DNA of 64,000 bases from Dehalococcoidia bacterium (GCA_965197415.1 OZ240207.1:2709853-2773852), one strand, 5' to 3'. Positions 26,469 through 36,428 are shown, numbered from the stretch's first letter. Numbers and translations are program-made. The notes: generated from the sequence alone by a model not told the origin.

Positions 26469-27293
26469 TTATCGGTCTGAACCCGTGACGGTGGGGCGGT
26501 TGGAGGCGTTCTCCTGGTTGGCCCATATCAGGAAAATAACGGCGAGGGCGCCAACAAAGAAGAGGCCGCCGGGCACCCACATGATGATGCCGCCTATCTG
26601 CTGGTCAGACACCACCGAAGTGCCCCATATCCTTGGAGCCTCGGCGTACCATTCGTATATCCCGGCATCGCTGAAAGTAATCAGCGCTCCAAGGATGGTA
26701 GGAATCGTGGGCTGGGCTACTAGGTAGACCATCTGGACCAGGTAAGAAGGCCGGGGAAGCTCCCTCATCCGGCTCATGATGGGCCACCAGAGAAGGATGC
26801 CTCCTCCTATAAATAGGATATGCTCCAGTATGTGTATTCCTCTGTCCCTCAGAGCCCCGTCGTACAGAGCGGGTACGTGCCACAGGACAAATATGAAATT
26901 GAAGATGAGGAAGGCGGGAATCGGCCTTGTGATGAACCGCAGCGCTGGCAGTACCCTCCGACCATTGACCAGCGGGCGGATCAGCCAAGGCGGGGCGCCG
27001 GCCAGCAAGAACGGCGGCGAAACCAGGGTCAACAGCAGGTGCTGGACCATGTGTGCCGAGAAGAGGTACTTGTCTCCCAGCTCGTGGATAGGCGACAGCA
27101 GGGCCACGAAGAGGACCAGGACCCCAGTGAGAAACAGGGCCACTTCCCCCGAGCCGAGGGCTTCGGACCCTTGAAAGCGTTTCCTAAGCGGTCCCACGCC
27201 CAGAAGGTAGAGAGCCGTGAATGTCAGGAGGCCTATGACAACGCTGGGATGGGCGTGCCATTCCGTCCAGGAGAATTGGACCTCAGCGGGCAA
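26469..27293 (-). CDS. ctaG: cytochrome c oxidase assembly factor CtaG (caa3-type, membrane)
   Basis: The motifs HMVQHLLLTLVSPPFLLAG and FVLWHVPALYD are typical of Caa3_CtaG. The gene sits within the cox cluster. Confidence 0.8.
   Translation of the reverse strand: MPAEVQFSWTEWHAHPSVVIGLLTFTALYLLGVGPLRKRFQGSEALGSGEVALFLTGVLVLFVALLSPIHELGDKYLFSAHMVQHLLLTLVSPPFLLAGAPPWLIRPLVNGRRVLPALRFITRPIPAFLIFNFIFVLWHVPALYDGALRDRGIHILEHILFIGGGILLWWPIMSRMRELPRPSYLVQMVYLVAQPTIPTILGALITFSDAGIYEWYAEAPRIWGTSVVSDQQIGGIIMWVPGGLFFVGALAVIFLIWANQENASNRPTVTGSDR
26485..26534. repeat. right copy of the exact 50-nt direct repeat (functional 3' end of ctaG)
   Basis: This copy is identical to 24717-24766 and encodes ...FLIWANQENASNRPTVTG of the CtaG-like protein. 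Confidence 0.9.
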
Positions 27294-27359
27294 CGACGTC
27301 CCCTTAACAGCTTCCGGCTAATGAATCGGACTGCGGCCGCGCCGGAGACTCAGGGCAGC

Positions 27360-27803
27360 CTAGGTGCGGGTGGAGAAGGGGCCGGTCCAACGTAGGTCGC
27401 CCAGGTCAATGGAGGCGGAAGCAAGGCCATTCGGCTCTTCTCTGATGATGGAACCGTGGCCTCCTCCTGCATCCGGCGGATTGGCTTTGGACGAAAGCAC
27501 CTGGAATAAGGCCAGCAACGCTACGGTGATGACCAAAGCGAGCAGCGCACCGCCGATGAAGACGGTCGAGAAGAGGCGATGGTCGAACTTAAGGTGCATG
27601 TAGAACAGTATCACGAGGGCGAACTTGGCTATAGACAGGATGAGGAATATGGGCAGGAAGGCAGGTTCCAGCACGTCGATGTAAAACACACCGACCTCGA
27701 TGCCGGTGAGCACCGCCAGAAGAAAGGCGATCTTGATATAGGTGGCAGGTGTGGGGTGCTCCCCGTGCCCTGCCTGCTGATTCGCGTTAGGATTGTGAGC
27801 CAT
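27360..27803 (-). CDS. cytochrome c oxidase subunit IV (small prokaryotic subunit) with a C-terminal extension
   Basis: The segment YIKIAFLLAVLTGIEVGVFY...AKFALVILFYMHLKFD is typical of the CoxIV/CyoD-like family. Confidence 0.8.
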   Translation of the reverse strand: MAHNPNANQQAGHGEHPTPATYIKIAFLLAVLTGIEVGVFYIDVLEPAFLPIFLILSIAKFALVILFYMHLKFDHRLFSTVFIGGALLALVITVALLALFQVLSSKANPPDAGGGHGSIIREEPNGLASASIDLGDLRWTGPFSTRT

Positions 27804-27822
27804 GCCGGTCCCTCATGCCGTA

Positions 27823-28545
27823 CTAAGTTACCCCGACTCCGATTAGATAGACCACCGCGAAGATGACAATCCAGACGATGTCAACAAAGTGCCAGTACAG
27901 GGCTGCCAGGTCCACACTCAGCGCCTGCCTGTCGGTCAGTTCCCGCTGGGCTTTCTTCCCTCCCCACAGGGAGTATCCCAAGATCGACAGTAGCCATATC
28001 ACGCCAACCGTCACGTGGGCCCCGTGGAACCCGGTCAATGTGAAGAAGGTCGTGCCGAACAGGTTGGTCTTTGGGGTCAGTCCGTATTGCGCCTCGTATT
28101 CTGCCTCCCCGTGCATGCAGGCCTCATCCGGGTGCACAGGAATCTTGTCGGTCTGCACGGGGCACTCGACGACCTGATGGTGGTTGGCGAATTCGTAGAA
28201 CTCGAAGGTCTGGAAGGCAAGGAAAGTCGCTCCCAACAGAGCGGTCGAAAGGAGCCAAACCCGGAAGGCCCTCATGTCGCCCCGGTTGATGGAGGCGTAG
28301 GCCAGCACCATGGACATGCTGGACATCAGCAGGACGAAGGTGCTCACAGAAGTGGTGGGTATGTCGAACACGTCTATGGGGTAAGGCCCCACTATGCTCT
28401 GGCCCCTGTATATCAGATAGGTGGCTATCAGGCTGCCGAAGAACAAGCAGTCGGAGCCCAGGAAGAGCCACATGAGCATCTTCCTGTGGTTTAGCCCGGT
28501 GGTAGTGTCTTCCACCACCGCGTGGTGTCCGTGCTGTTCCTGCAA
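27823..28545 (-). CDS. ctaE: cytochrome c oxidase subunit III
   Basis: The heme-copper oxidase subunit III pattern is present (FFGSLIATY...TGFHGAHVTVG...YWHFVDIVW). Confidence 0.9.
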   Translation of the reverse strand: MQEQHGHHAVVEDTTTGLNHRKMLMWLFLGSDCLFFGSLIATYLIYRGQSIVGPYPIDVFDIPTTSVSTFVLLMSSMSMVLAYASINRGDMRAFRVWLLSTALLGATFLAFQTFEFYEFANHHQVVECPVQTDKIPVHPDEACMHGEAEYEAQYGLTPKTNLFGTTFFTLTGFHGAHVTVGVIWLLSILGYSLWGGKKAQRELTDRQALSVDLAALYWHFVDIVWIVIFAVVYLIGVGVT

Positions 28546-28574
28546 CTATGCGCTCCCCATCCGACTATTCACCT

Positions 28575-30500
28575 CTACTCGTCGGGTTCTTCCGGCTCCG
28601 ATGCCGGTTCGAAAGACCAGGCGTACACGGCCACCATGGCCATGAACATACCAATCGCGCCCAAGGCCCAGGTTGTAGCCTCTTGAAAGATGGCGCCGTA
28701 GGCCGCGACGGTCATGCCTCCGGCTACCATGAAAGGCCAGTAGGAGAGGCCCGGCATGTGAATCCCGTGGCCTCCACCGTGTGCGTCACCGTGTCCTTCG
28801 GAATGATGGTCGTGGTCGTCCGCCTCGGAGGAACCTCCCGCCACAGGCTCGGGACCTTCCCGGTGTTCTCCGGACCCGTACTTTTCTTCCCAGAAGGCGT
28901 CGCGGGAATGCACCGTGGGAATCTCTGCGAAGTTGTAGTGGGGCGGCGGCGAGGATATGGACCATTCCAGGGTCCTGGCATCCCAGGGGTCGTTGGGCGC
29001 CTTCTCGCCCTTCCTCAAGCTGCGGAACGCGTTGTGAATGAAGATTAAGGTGGAGGACGCCATCAGAAATGCGCCGACGGTGGCCAGCAGGTTCAGGTTG
29101 TCCCATCCCATGCCCTCGGCGTAGGTGTATATGCGCCGTGGCATTCCGTCCAACCCCAGATTGTGCATTGGGAAGAAGGTCACGTTCATTCCCAGGAGCA
29201 TCACCCAGAAATGGAGCTTGCCCAGACCTTCGCTAAGCATCGTGCCCGTGAACTTGGGCCACCAATAGTAGATTCCGCCGAACAGGGCCCAAATGGCGCC
29301 GCCAAAGAGCACGTAGTGGATGTGGGCCACTACGAAGTAGGTGTCCTGCTGCTGATTGTCCGATGGAGCGGAGGAGTGCATGATGCCGCTCAGTCCGCCC
29401 ACGATGAACAGAATAATGAACCCTATAGCGAATAGCATGGGCGTGGTGAACTTGATTTGGCCTCCCCACATGGTGGCAATCCAGTTGAAGATTTTCACGC
29501 CTGTGGGAATGGCGATGATCATGGTGCTAATAGCAAAGGCGGCGGAGGCGTAAGGCCCCAGCCCCACCGTGAACATGTGGTGGCTCCAGACGCCCCATCC
29601 CAGGAATCCGATGATCACGCCCGAAAGCACCACCACGGGATAGCCGAAGAGGGGCTTACGGGAGAACGTTGGGATGATTTCCGTCACTATCCCCATAGCG
29701 GGCAGGATGAGTATATAGACCTCAGGATGTCCGAACACCCAGAAAATATGCTGCCAGAGGATCGGGTCTCCGTTGGCCACGGGATCGAAGAAGTTGAACC
29801 CGAAGTTGCGGTCCATGTAGAGCTCTATCAGCCCCACGGTGATGACCGGCATGGCCAGCATGATGAGCAGAGAGGTAACCAGGGTCATCCACACGAACAC
29901 GGGCATGCGCATCAGGCTCATTCCGGGCGCCCGCATGTTTACGATGGTCACTATAAAGTTGAACGCCGCTATCATCGAGGCGGTTCCAAGCGTTCCAAGC
30001 CCCACGGTGTAGAAGTCCATGCTGTCGCCCAGGGTGTACGGCTCCTCGGTGAGGTTGGCGTAAGCGAACCATCCGGTGTCCGGCGAAATGCCGCCCGCAA
30101 GCCAGCCTGAATTCAGAACGATGCCGCCGCCAAGGAACAACCAGTAGGACAACGCGTTCATCCTTGGAAACGCTACGTCCCTGGCCCCGATCATCAGGGG
30201 TATCATGTAGTTGAAGAAGGCTGCGCCCATCGGCATGATGGCCAGGAATATCATGCTCAGCGCGTGCATTGTGAACAGCTGGCTGAAAATCTCCGGGCTG
30301 ACAAGGTCCTGCTCCGGCCCGGACAATTGGACTCGCATGATCAGGGCTTCGATACCGGCCAGCAGGAAGAATATGAAGGCCGTCACCCCGTAGAGGATTC
30401 CTATCCTCTTGTGGTCAACAGTGGTTATCCAGCCCCATACTCCCTCGTAGGAGGTGGGTCTCTTTAGAGCGCCGCTTATGGTTTCAGTCAGGGTCACCAT
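28575..30500 (-). CDS. ctaD: cytochrome c oxidase subunit I with a His-rich linker and two extra C-terminal TM helices
   Basis: Canonical subunit I motifs are present (WFFGHPEVYILILP-like: FWVFGHPEVYILILPAMG; HHMFTVG; VAHIHYV). Confidence 0.97.
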   Translation of the reverse strand: MVTLTETISGALKRPTSYEGVWGWITTVDHKRIGILYGVTAFIFFLLAGIEALIMRVQLSGPEQDLVSPEIFSQLFTMHALSMIFLAIMPMGAAFFNYMIPLMIGARDVAFPRMNALSYWLFLGGGIVLNSGWLAGGISPDTGWFAYANLTEEPYTLGDSMDFYTVGLGTLGTASMIAAFNFIVTIVNMRAPGMSLMRMPVFVWMTLVTSLLIMLAMPVITVGLIELYMDRNFGFNFFDPVANGDPILWQHIFWVFGHPEVYILILPAMGIVTEIIPTFSRKPLFGYPVVVLSGVIIGFLGWGVWSHHMFTVGLGPYASAAFAISTMIIAIPTGVKIFNWIATMWGGQIKFTTPMLFAIGFIILFIVGGLSGIMHSSAPSDNQQQDTYFVVAHIHYVLFGGAIWALFGGIYYWWPKFTGTMLSEGLGKLHFWVMLLGMNVTFFPMHNLGLDGMPRRIYTYAEGMGWDNLNLLATVGAFLMASSTLIFIHNAFRSLRKGEKAPNDPWDARTLEWSISSPPPHYNFAEIPTVHSRDAFWEEKYGSGEHREGPEPVAGGSSEADDHDHHSEGHGDAHGGGHGIHMPGLSYWPFMVAGGMTVAAYGAIFQEATTWALGAIGMFMAMVAVYAWSFEPASEPEEPDE

Positions 30501-30556
30501 AGCACACCTCTAATTGTCGCACCGGGTCGTAATCGTCATCATTTTATCGTATCGAA

Positions 30557-31768
30557 TCACCGCTGGTTAAGCAGGTACTCTGCCAGAGCCAGCACTTCGT
30601 TGGGCTGCATCTCCAGGTCTGGGTTGTTGTAGACGTCCGCCAGTTCGCCCATCCGGTTTCCAGGTTTGACTTCGTTGGGGTCGGTAAGCCAACGAATCAG
30701 GTTTTCACGGTTCAGGTTAAGCGCGCCAGCCGCCAGAATCTGTCTGGCGCCCAGGTTGGTCAGGTTCGGGCCTGGGAACTGGGCGGCTCCATTTTCGAAG
30801 CTGGTCTGACGAGCCTGACGGACTGCTGCGACTCCGGCCCCTGCAATGTCATGGCAAAGCAGACATCCCTTGTCGGCGAAAAGCGCTTTCCCTTTGTCGG
30901 CCAGGTCCGAGGACTGTTCGGGCCCGTCGGCAAGAGCGTGATATTGTTCCACCCAGGCATCGAACCCCTCCTGGGTGTCCACTATGACCCTGAACTTCAT
31001 GTGCGCATGGGCCACACCGCAAAATTCGGCGCATTGGCCATACAACGTCTGGGGGAAAGGCTCGTCGAAGGTCGACGAATCGGCTTGAAGCCAAAGGCCG
31101 TTATCGTTGTTGGGGACGATATCTATCTTCCCGCCCAGCTTGGGGATCCAGAAGCTGTGGATGACGTCGCCCGAAATGAGGTTGAACTGGACTTTCCGGT
31201 CAACCGGTATATGCAACTGGTTGGCGGTGACTACGCCCTGCTCGGGGTACTCGAACTCGAACCACCACTGGTGGCCGATAACGTTGACCTCCAGGGCGTT
31301 TTCTTCCGGCTTTGGGTCTGCGGAGATGTCGAAGAGGACTATCACAGTTGGCACGGCGATTATCGCCAGCACGATGACCGGGAAGATGGTCCAAGTGATT
31401 TCCAATGGGGTGTTGCCGTGGGTCTGTTTCGGCATCTCTGTCTGTCCAGGCCTGCTCCGGTAGCGGAACATGGCATAAAGAAGGGCGCCGACCACTACCA
31501 CGAAGACGGCCACGGCAGCCCAGAAGATGAGGTAGAAGAGGTCAGCCTGCTGTTGGGCGACAGGACCCTTGGGGTCGAAAGTGGACTGGGCGTTGTCAGG
31601 GGTGCAGGCTATAAGGGCTAGAGTCCCAAGGACCAGAACCAGCCCGAATGCCGTTTTGGGCCGGGACCCCAGTCCTTTTCTGAGCAGTCCCAAGGAGCGC
31701 TGGAGGCTATGCTTGAACGTTTCCATGTAACGACGCTGGAGCACTATATCAAAAGGCGCTTCCGACAT
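30557..31768 (-). CDS. ctaC: cytochrome c oxidase subunit II fused to a cytochrome c domain (caa3-type)
   Basis: The CuA site (GQCAEFCGVAHAHM) and a C-terminal heme c motif (CLLCHD) are present. The exact start is uncertain. Confidence 0.92.
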   Translation of the reverse strand: MSEAPFDIVLQRRYMETFKHSLQRSLGLLRKGLGSRPKTAFGLVLVLGTLALIACTPDNAQSTFDPKGPVAQQQADLFYLIFWAAVAVFVVVVGALLYAMFRYRSRPGQTEMPKQTHGNTPLEITWTIFPVIVLAIIAVPTVIVLFDISADPKPEENALEVNVIGHQWWFEFEYPEQGVVTANQLHIPVDRKVQFNLISGDVIHSFWIPKLGGKIDIVPNNDNGLWLQADSSTFDEPFPQTLYGQCAEFCGVAHAHMKFRVIVDTQEGFDAWVEQYHALADGPEQSSDLADKGKALFADKGCLLCHDIAGAGVAAVRQARQTSFENGAAQFPGPNLTNLGARQILAAGALNLNRENLIRWLTDPNEVKPGNRMGELADVYNNPDLEMQPNEVLALAEYLLNQR

Positions 31769-31820
31769 TCAAGAGGCATTGCACCGCCGACCCGACCGCA
31801 AAATGGGCTAGTGAAATTTC

Positions 31821-32765
31821 TCACACATTCACCATGCTGTCAACCGTTACAAATACGAAAACCAGGGCGAGGTAGAGGAGGGAATAGAGATATAGCCGCT
31901 TGGAACCCGGCGCCCGTCCGTCAGCCTCAGGTTTCGTGAGGGCCATCTTTGCAGCCAGCAATAGGAACACCGCGCCAGATACTGCCGCGCCGCTCAGGTA
32001 TACCCATCCAAGGGCGTCCGTGGCGAAGTAGAACCCCAGGCTGAGGGCCACGGTAGCCAGGGTGTACAACAGGATTCCCCTCTGAGTTGCTGGCGTTCCC
32101 TTGACCACTGGCAGCATGGGGATTCCAGCTTTTCCGTAATCCTCTTTCATCAGAAGGGCCAGCGCCCAGAAGTGGGGGGGCGTCCATAGAAAGATGATGC
32201 CGAACAGGAAAGCCGCTGGGGCATCGAGTCCGCCGGTCACCGCCGCCCAACCGGCCAGGGGCGGCACGGCTCCGGCGGCCCCGCCGATGACGATGTTCTG
32301 GGGAGTGGTGCGCTTCAGCCACCAGGTGTAGACGAACACGTAGAACAGAGCTCCGGCAAGGGTCAGCGTGGCGCTTAGAAGGTTGACCCCCACGGCCAGA
32401 AGGATGAAGGCGAATACGTTAAGAGCCACCCCGAAAACCAGGGCGGAGGTTGGGCTGATCCGGTGGCCGGGGATGGGCCTCTGCCGGGTGCGGTTCATGA
32501 TGTAGTCGATGTCCCGGTCCATGTACTGGTTAATGGCTCCGGCGCCTCCTGCAGCCGCCGCCCCAGCCACTACCAGAAAAAGGGCTACGTCCAAAGGCGG
32601 CGGGCCCCCCGCAGCCAGGAACATGGCCGACACCGCCGTTACGAGAAGCAGTAGAACAATGGGCGGTTTTGTCAGGGCGACGTAGTCCGACACGGTAGCC
32701 CAAATCGCTGTCCAAATAGTGGACTGTCCCGCGACGGGGCGCAGTATGAAGCTGGCCTTAAGCAT
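31821..32765 (-). CDS. ctaB: protoheme IX farnesyltransferase (heme O synthase)
   Basis: The gene shows the UbiA-family pattern (NQYMDRDIDYIMNRTRQRP) and is multi-TM. I chose the ATG at 32765, which overlaps the ctaA stop by 8 nt, although the ORF extends to 32801. Confidence 0.92.
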   Translation of the reverse strand: MLKASFILRPVAGQSTIWTAIWATVSDYVALTKPPIVLLLLVTAVSAMFLAAGGPPPLDVALFLVVAGAAAAGGAGAINQYMDRDIDYIMNRTRQRPIPGHRISPTSALVFGVALNVFAFILLAVGVNLLSATLTLAGALFYVFVYTWWLKRTTPQNIVIGGAAGAVPPLAGWAAVTGGLDAPAAFLFGIIFLWTPPHFWALALLMKEDYGKAGIPMLPVVKGTPATQRGILLYTLATVALSLGFYFATDALGWVYLSGAAVSGAVFLLLAAKMALTKPEADGRAPGSKRLYLYSLLYLALVFVFVTVDSMVNV

Positions 32766-33762
32766 CGGCAGTCCTCTGGGCCTCATCTCGCAGTCCCGCA
32801 ATGGCGCCGTAGGCCATCGCCACCATGCCCAACCACATGAGAGTAGCGATGGCTAAATGGGTCAGCCGCAAACTTAACGGGAAGCCTTCCCATACAATCC
32901 CTGCTCCCAGGACTATCTGCACGAAGAAAGCCCCTGCGGTGAACGCAGCGCCATAGCCCAGCGCCGGGTTTTCGGACCGCCGGTTCCATGCCGCCGCAAC
33001 CACTCCGACTATTGCCAGACCGGCTATAAGGGCGACAAAACGATGTCCCATGTGTATGGAAGGCAAGAGGCCATGGGGAAGCCCGTTGCAGAGAGGCCAT
33101 GACTCCCCGCAAGCCGTCGCCGCTCCGGAAACAGTAACGTAGGAACCGCTGAGGATCAGGCCGTAGTTCAGCAGCGCCGTTGCCAAAACCGCCAGTACGA
33201 ACTTGCCGCCTACTATGCCTCGGGACGCCCCGCCGGGCTGCGTCCCCCCCAGGGCTACGAGCGCCACTATGAGATAGCACGCTATCAAAGCCTCTGCGGT
33301 CGCCAGGTGGGCCAGCACAAGTTCGCCAGGCAGTTCCCGCAGCACGGTGAATCCGCCCAGCACTCCTTGCCCTACCAGCAGCACGACCCCCAAAGCGGCG
33401 GGAACGGACATCCACCGGACATGCCTCCACTTCACCCATACTATGACGGAAGTGGCCACCGCCAGGACTCCGACGACACTGGCCAGCAGCCGGTGGGAAT
33501 ATTCTATGAGGGTGGCTTTATCCGCTGGGGGTATGAGTTGCCCGTGGCACAAGGGCCAGTCGGGACACCCAAGGCCCGAGTCGGTGAGCCTCACGACTCC
33601 GCCCAAGACCACCAATCCAAATGTTGTGGCGACGGTGGTGACTGCGAGCGTCTTGAAGGGACGGCCCGGCAGTCCTTCGGCCGTATCTTGGCCGTCTGTG
33701 GTCGTGCGAAAGGGCAAGGCGCTGGCCGCATGGGCTACGCGGGGTCTGTGCAACGAAAACAA
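32758..33762 (-). CDS. ctaA: heme A synthase (COX15/CtaA)
   Basis: The CPDWPLCHG motif, the second Cys pair (CGESWPLCNG) and His-containing TM helices support the call. Confidence 0.9.
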   Translation of the reverse strand: MFSLHRPRVAHAASALPFRTTTDGQDTAEGLPGRPFKTLAVTTVATTFGLVVLGGVVRLTDSGLGCPDWPLCHGQLIPPADKATLIEYSHRLLASVVGVLAVATSVIVWVKWRHVRWMSVPAALGVVLLVGQGVLGGFTVLRELPGELVLAHLATAEALIACYLIVALVALGGTQPGGASRGIVGGKFVLAVLATALLNYGLILSGSYVTVSGAATACGESWPLCNGLPHGLLPSIHMGHRFVALIAGLAIVGVVAAAWNRRSENPALGYGAAFTAGAFFVQIVLGAGIVWEGFPLSLRLTHLAIATLMWLGMVAMAYGAIAGLRDEAQRTADA

Positions 33763-34048
33763 TGGTACGGCGGCCCTGAAGAGAACCCCAGCGGCCCCAG
33801 TTTTAAGCTGTTTCAGGTCAGTGATTGGAGGCCTACTTGAGCGGCGTTTAATAGTCTGCCCGGAAAGATGCGCCCATTATAGCACGGCCCTTCCACCCAT
33901 AAAACAAGAGCCTCCGGCGTCTGTCCCTCCACCCACATGGGTTCAGTTGGCCCTGAGTCTGTCGAAAGCCCAACTCCCTGTAGTAACATCCCACCAACCG
34001 TTCTGGTTGGCCTGAGGCGTTCGAAGGGCCGGGCATAAGGAGGAGGTC

Positions 34049-34897
34049 ATGTCGGGTACAGGACGAGGGCGGCCCGTTATTATCACAGGAGCTTCTTCAG
34101 GCATCGGAATGGCCACCGCAATCCATCTTGCGCGCAAAGGGTTTCCCACGTTGGCCGCCAGCCGGAGTCTGCAACGCCTCGACCCGTTGGTGGAGATCGC
34201 CGCCTCGGAAGACTTGCCCATAACACCATACGAGTTGGACCCCAACGACTCCGACTCGGTGAACGACGCTGTGGCCCGCATGGAAGAGGAGCACGGGACA
34301 ATCTTCGGCCTGGTCAACAACGCAGGGTACGGGCTGCGGGGCTGCATGGAGGACTTGAGCATCCAGGAACTCCGGGACCAGTTTGAGACCAATCTGTTCG
34401 GCGCTTTGAGAATGAGCCAGGCGGTGCTTCCAGGCATGAGGAAAGCGGGCTCCGGAAGAATTGTAGACGTTGGGTCCGTGCTGGGACAGCTTGTAGCGCC
34501 CGACATGGGAGCTTACTCGGCGTCCAAACATGCCCTGAAAGCCATGAACGCCGCAATGAGAATGGAGACGGCGAAGTTCGGCGTCAAGGTCGTGTTAGTC
34601 GAGCCGGGACTCTTCCGCTCCAGTTTCAGCGGCAACCAGGTCACGGCAGCTAAGTCGATGGACCCGGATTCCCCCTACAGAGCTTATGCAACAGGCCCCC
34701 AGAAAAACCCCCGTAAGCAGATTCGATGGGGAGGCGACCCGTTCAAAGTGGCCCGCGTGATACACAAGGCCATCACGTCCCGGTGGCCCGCTCCCCGCTA
34801 CGCCGTGGGGCCCGACGCCCGCCTCGGAGTGCTGGCGGCCAAGTTCGTTCCTGACCGGCTTATTGAATTCTTTACCGTGAAGGCAGTCTCGCCCTAG
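34049..34897 (+). CDS. short-chain dehydrogenase/reductase (SDR)
   Basis: The cofactor motif (TGASSGIGMATA), NNAG and the catalytic YSASK are present. Confidence 0.9.
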   Translation: MSGTGRGRPVIITGASSGIGMATAIHLARKGFPTLAASRSLQRLDPLVEIAASEDLPITPYELDPNDSDSVNDAVARMEEEHGTIFGLVNNAGYGLRGCMEDLSIQELRDQFETNLFGALRMSQAVLPGMRKAGSGRIVDVGSVLGQLVAPDMGAYSASKHALKAMNAAMRMETAKFGVKVVLVEPGLFRSSFSGNQVTAAKSMDPDSPYRAYATGPQKNPRKQIRWGGDPFKVARVIHKAITSRWPAPRYAVGPDARLGVLAAKFVPDRLIEFFTVKAVSP

Positions 34898-35084
34898 GAG
34901 ACCTTGGCACTACCGTCTTGGTCTCTGAAGCAATCTCTGGATTCCGACCGTCGCCGTTATGTTACAAATTGGTTAAAATTTGAAAAAAGTCCTCTTTGTG
35001 GGTTGGTTACTGCGTTGGTGTATGTTATAGTCCGCCAGCTTACAGTCATCATGCTGGAATTTTAGAATAAAAGGGGAGGGGTAA

Positions 35085-36428
35085 GTGTCCGATTCGGAAA
35101 CCACCATAGAGAGACATGCGCCGGCGTCCGAGTTCCAGATTTCATCCAACGGGACTGCCTTACATGAGATAGTGGAGTCGAGCGTCGGTGCCAAAGAGAC
35201 GCTCCGCGCGGTCAGCGTCGGCGCCCAGTCCATCGACGCATATGGCCCCATAATTGGCGAAGAGCGGATGGAGGAGCTCAGGAGATTGGCGGAACCCTTG
35301 AAAGGGGCCCGAGTTCTCCAGATTAACGCGACTCCCTATGGTGGAGGAGTGGCCGAACTTCTCAGGTCCCAGACGCCCCTTATGAGAAGCCTGGGCATCC
35401 AGACAGACTGGAAAGTGATACACGGCGAGGCCCCCTTCTACCAGGTCACCAAGTCGTTTCACAATGCCCTTCAAGGCGCGGACTACGACTTGACCGAATC
35501 AGTCAAGGATACCTATCTGTCCACCAACGCCAGGAACGCCGACCTCATAGACGGTGACTACGACTACATAATTGTCCATGACCCTCAACCGGCGGCCGTC
35601 CGCGCCATACACGGTGGGAACGGCTCCAAGTGGGTCTGGCGCTGCCACATAGACACCTCCGACCCCCATGCGGGCGTATGGAACTTCCTGCAACCCTACG
35701 TAGAGCAGTACGACGCGATGGTCTTCACTATGGACCAGTACGTCGAGCCGGGACTGGACCGCTCCAAGGTCAGGCTGATGCCCCCAGCCATCGACCCCCT
35801 CAGTCCCAAGAACATCAGCCTGTCCACGGACTTCTGCAAGCGCATCGTCGGCTGGGTCGGAGTGGACACTACGCGCCCGCTCATCACCCAGGTGTCACGG
35901 TTCGACCCGTGGAAGGACCCCATGGGAGTGGTGGAGGTGTACCGTTCGCTGCGACGCCGGGTTCCCGGCTTGCAGTTGGCCATGCTGGGCCACCTGGCCA
36001 TGGACGACCCACAGGGCTGGGAGATTTTCGGCCAAGTGCAAGCCGAGGTCGAGGGAGATCCAAACGTCCACCTCTTCACCAACTACACCGCGGCCAGCAG
36101 CATCGAGGTCAACGCCTTCCAGTCTTTCTCCGACGTCATTATCCAGAAGTCGCTGAGGGAAGGTTTCGGACTGGTGGTCTCCGAAGCCATGTGGAAGGGC
36201 AGCCCCGTGGTGGCCGGAAGGGCCGGAGGAATCCCGCTTCAAATGGAAGACGGGGAGTCGGGCTACCTGGTGGACAGTACGGAACAGTGTGCTGAGAAAG
36301 TCCTATACCTGCTGGAAAACCCCCAAGAAGCCAGGCGAATCGGCGCCAACGCCCACAAGTTCGTCCGGGACAACAACCTGATGCCCCGCCTCATCGCCCA
36401 GGAAATGGAGCTCCTGAACTCGCTCTAG
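35085..36428 (+). CDS. GT4-family glycosyltransferase, trehalose-synthase (TreT)-like
   Basis: The motifs INATPYGGGVAELL and REGFGLVVSEAMWKGSPVVAG indicate a GT-B fold enzyme. The GTG start follows GGGGAGGGG. The TreT assignment is tentative. Confidence 0.75.
   Translation: MSDSETTIERHAPASEFQISSNGTALHEIVESSVGAKETLRAVSVGAQSIDAYGPIIGEERMEELRRLAEPLKGARVLQINATPYGGGVAELLRSQTPLMRSLGIQTDWKVIHGEAPFYQVTKSFHNALQGADYDLTESVKDTYLSTNARNADLIDGDYDYIIVHDPQPAAVRAIHGGNGSKWVWRCHIDTSDPHAGVWNFLQPYVEQYDAMVFTMDQYVEPGLDRSKVRLMPPAIDPLSPKNISLSTDFCKRIVGWVGVDTTRPLITQVSRFDPWKDPMGVVEVYRSLRRRVPGLQLAMLGHLAMDDPQGWEIFGQVQAEVEGDPNVHLFTNYTAASSIEVNAFQSFSDVIIQKSLREGFGLVVSEAMWKGSPVVAGRAGGIPLQMEDGESGYLVDSTEQCAEKVLYLLENPQEARRIGANAHKFVRDNNLMPRLIAQEMELLNSL

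Larger units (their letters stand above)
24717..26534. mobile_element. candidate 1.8 kb inserted island bounded by 50-nt direct repeats, carrying one PIN-like gene
   Basis: The evidence is the direct repeats, a GC drop (hand counts of 42-47% on internal 60-nt lines against about 63% in flanking cox DNA) and interruption of the ctaG-to-sco neighbourhood. No integrase or transposase is visible. Confidence 0.5.

Noticed and set aside
34898-34930. A possible terminator after the SDR gene (gagacc...ggtctc)
   Set aside because: The stem is only 6 bp with a 16-nt loop and has no T-tract, which is too weak to call.
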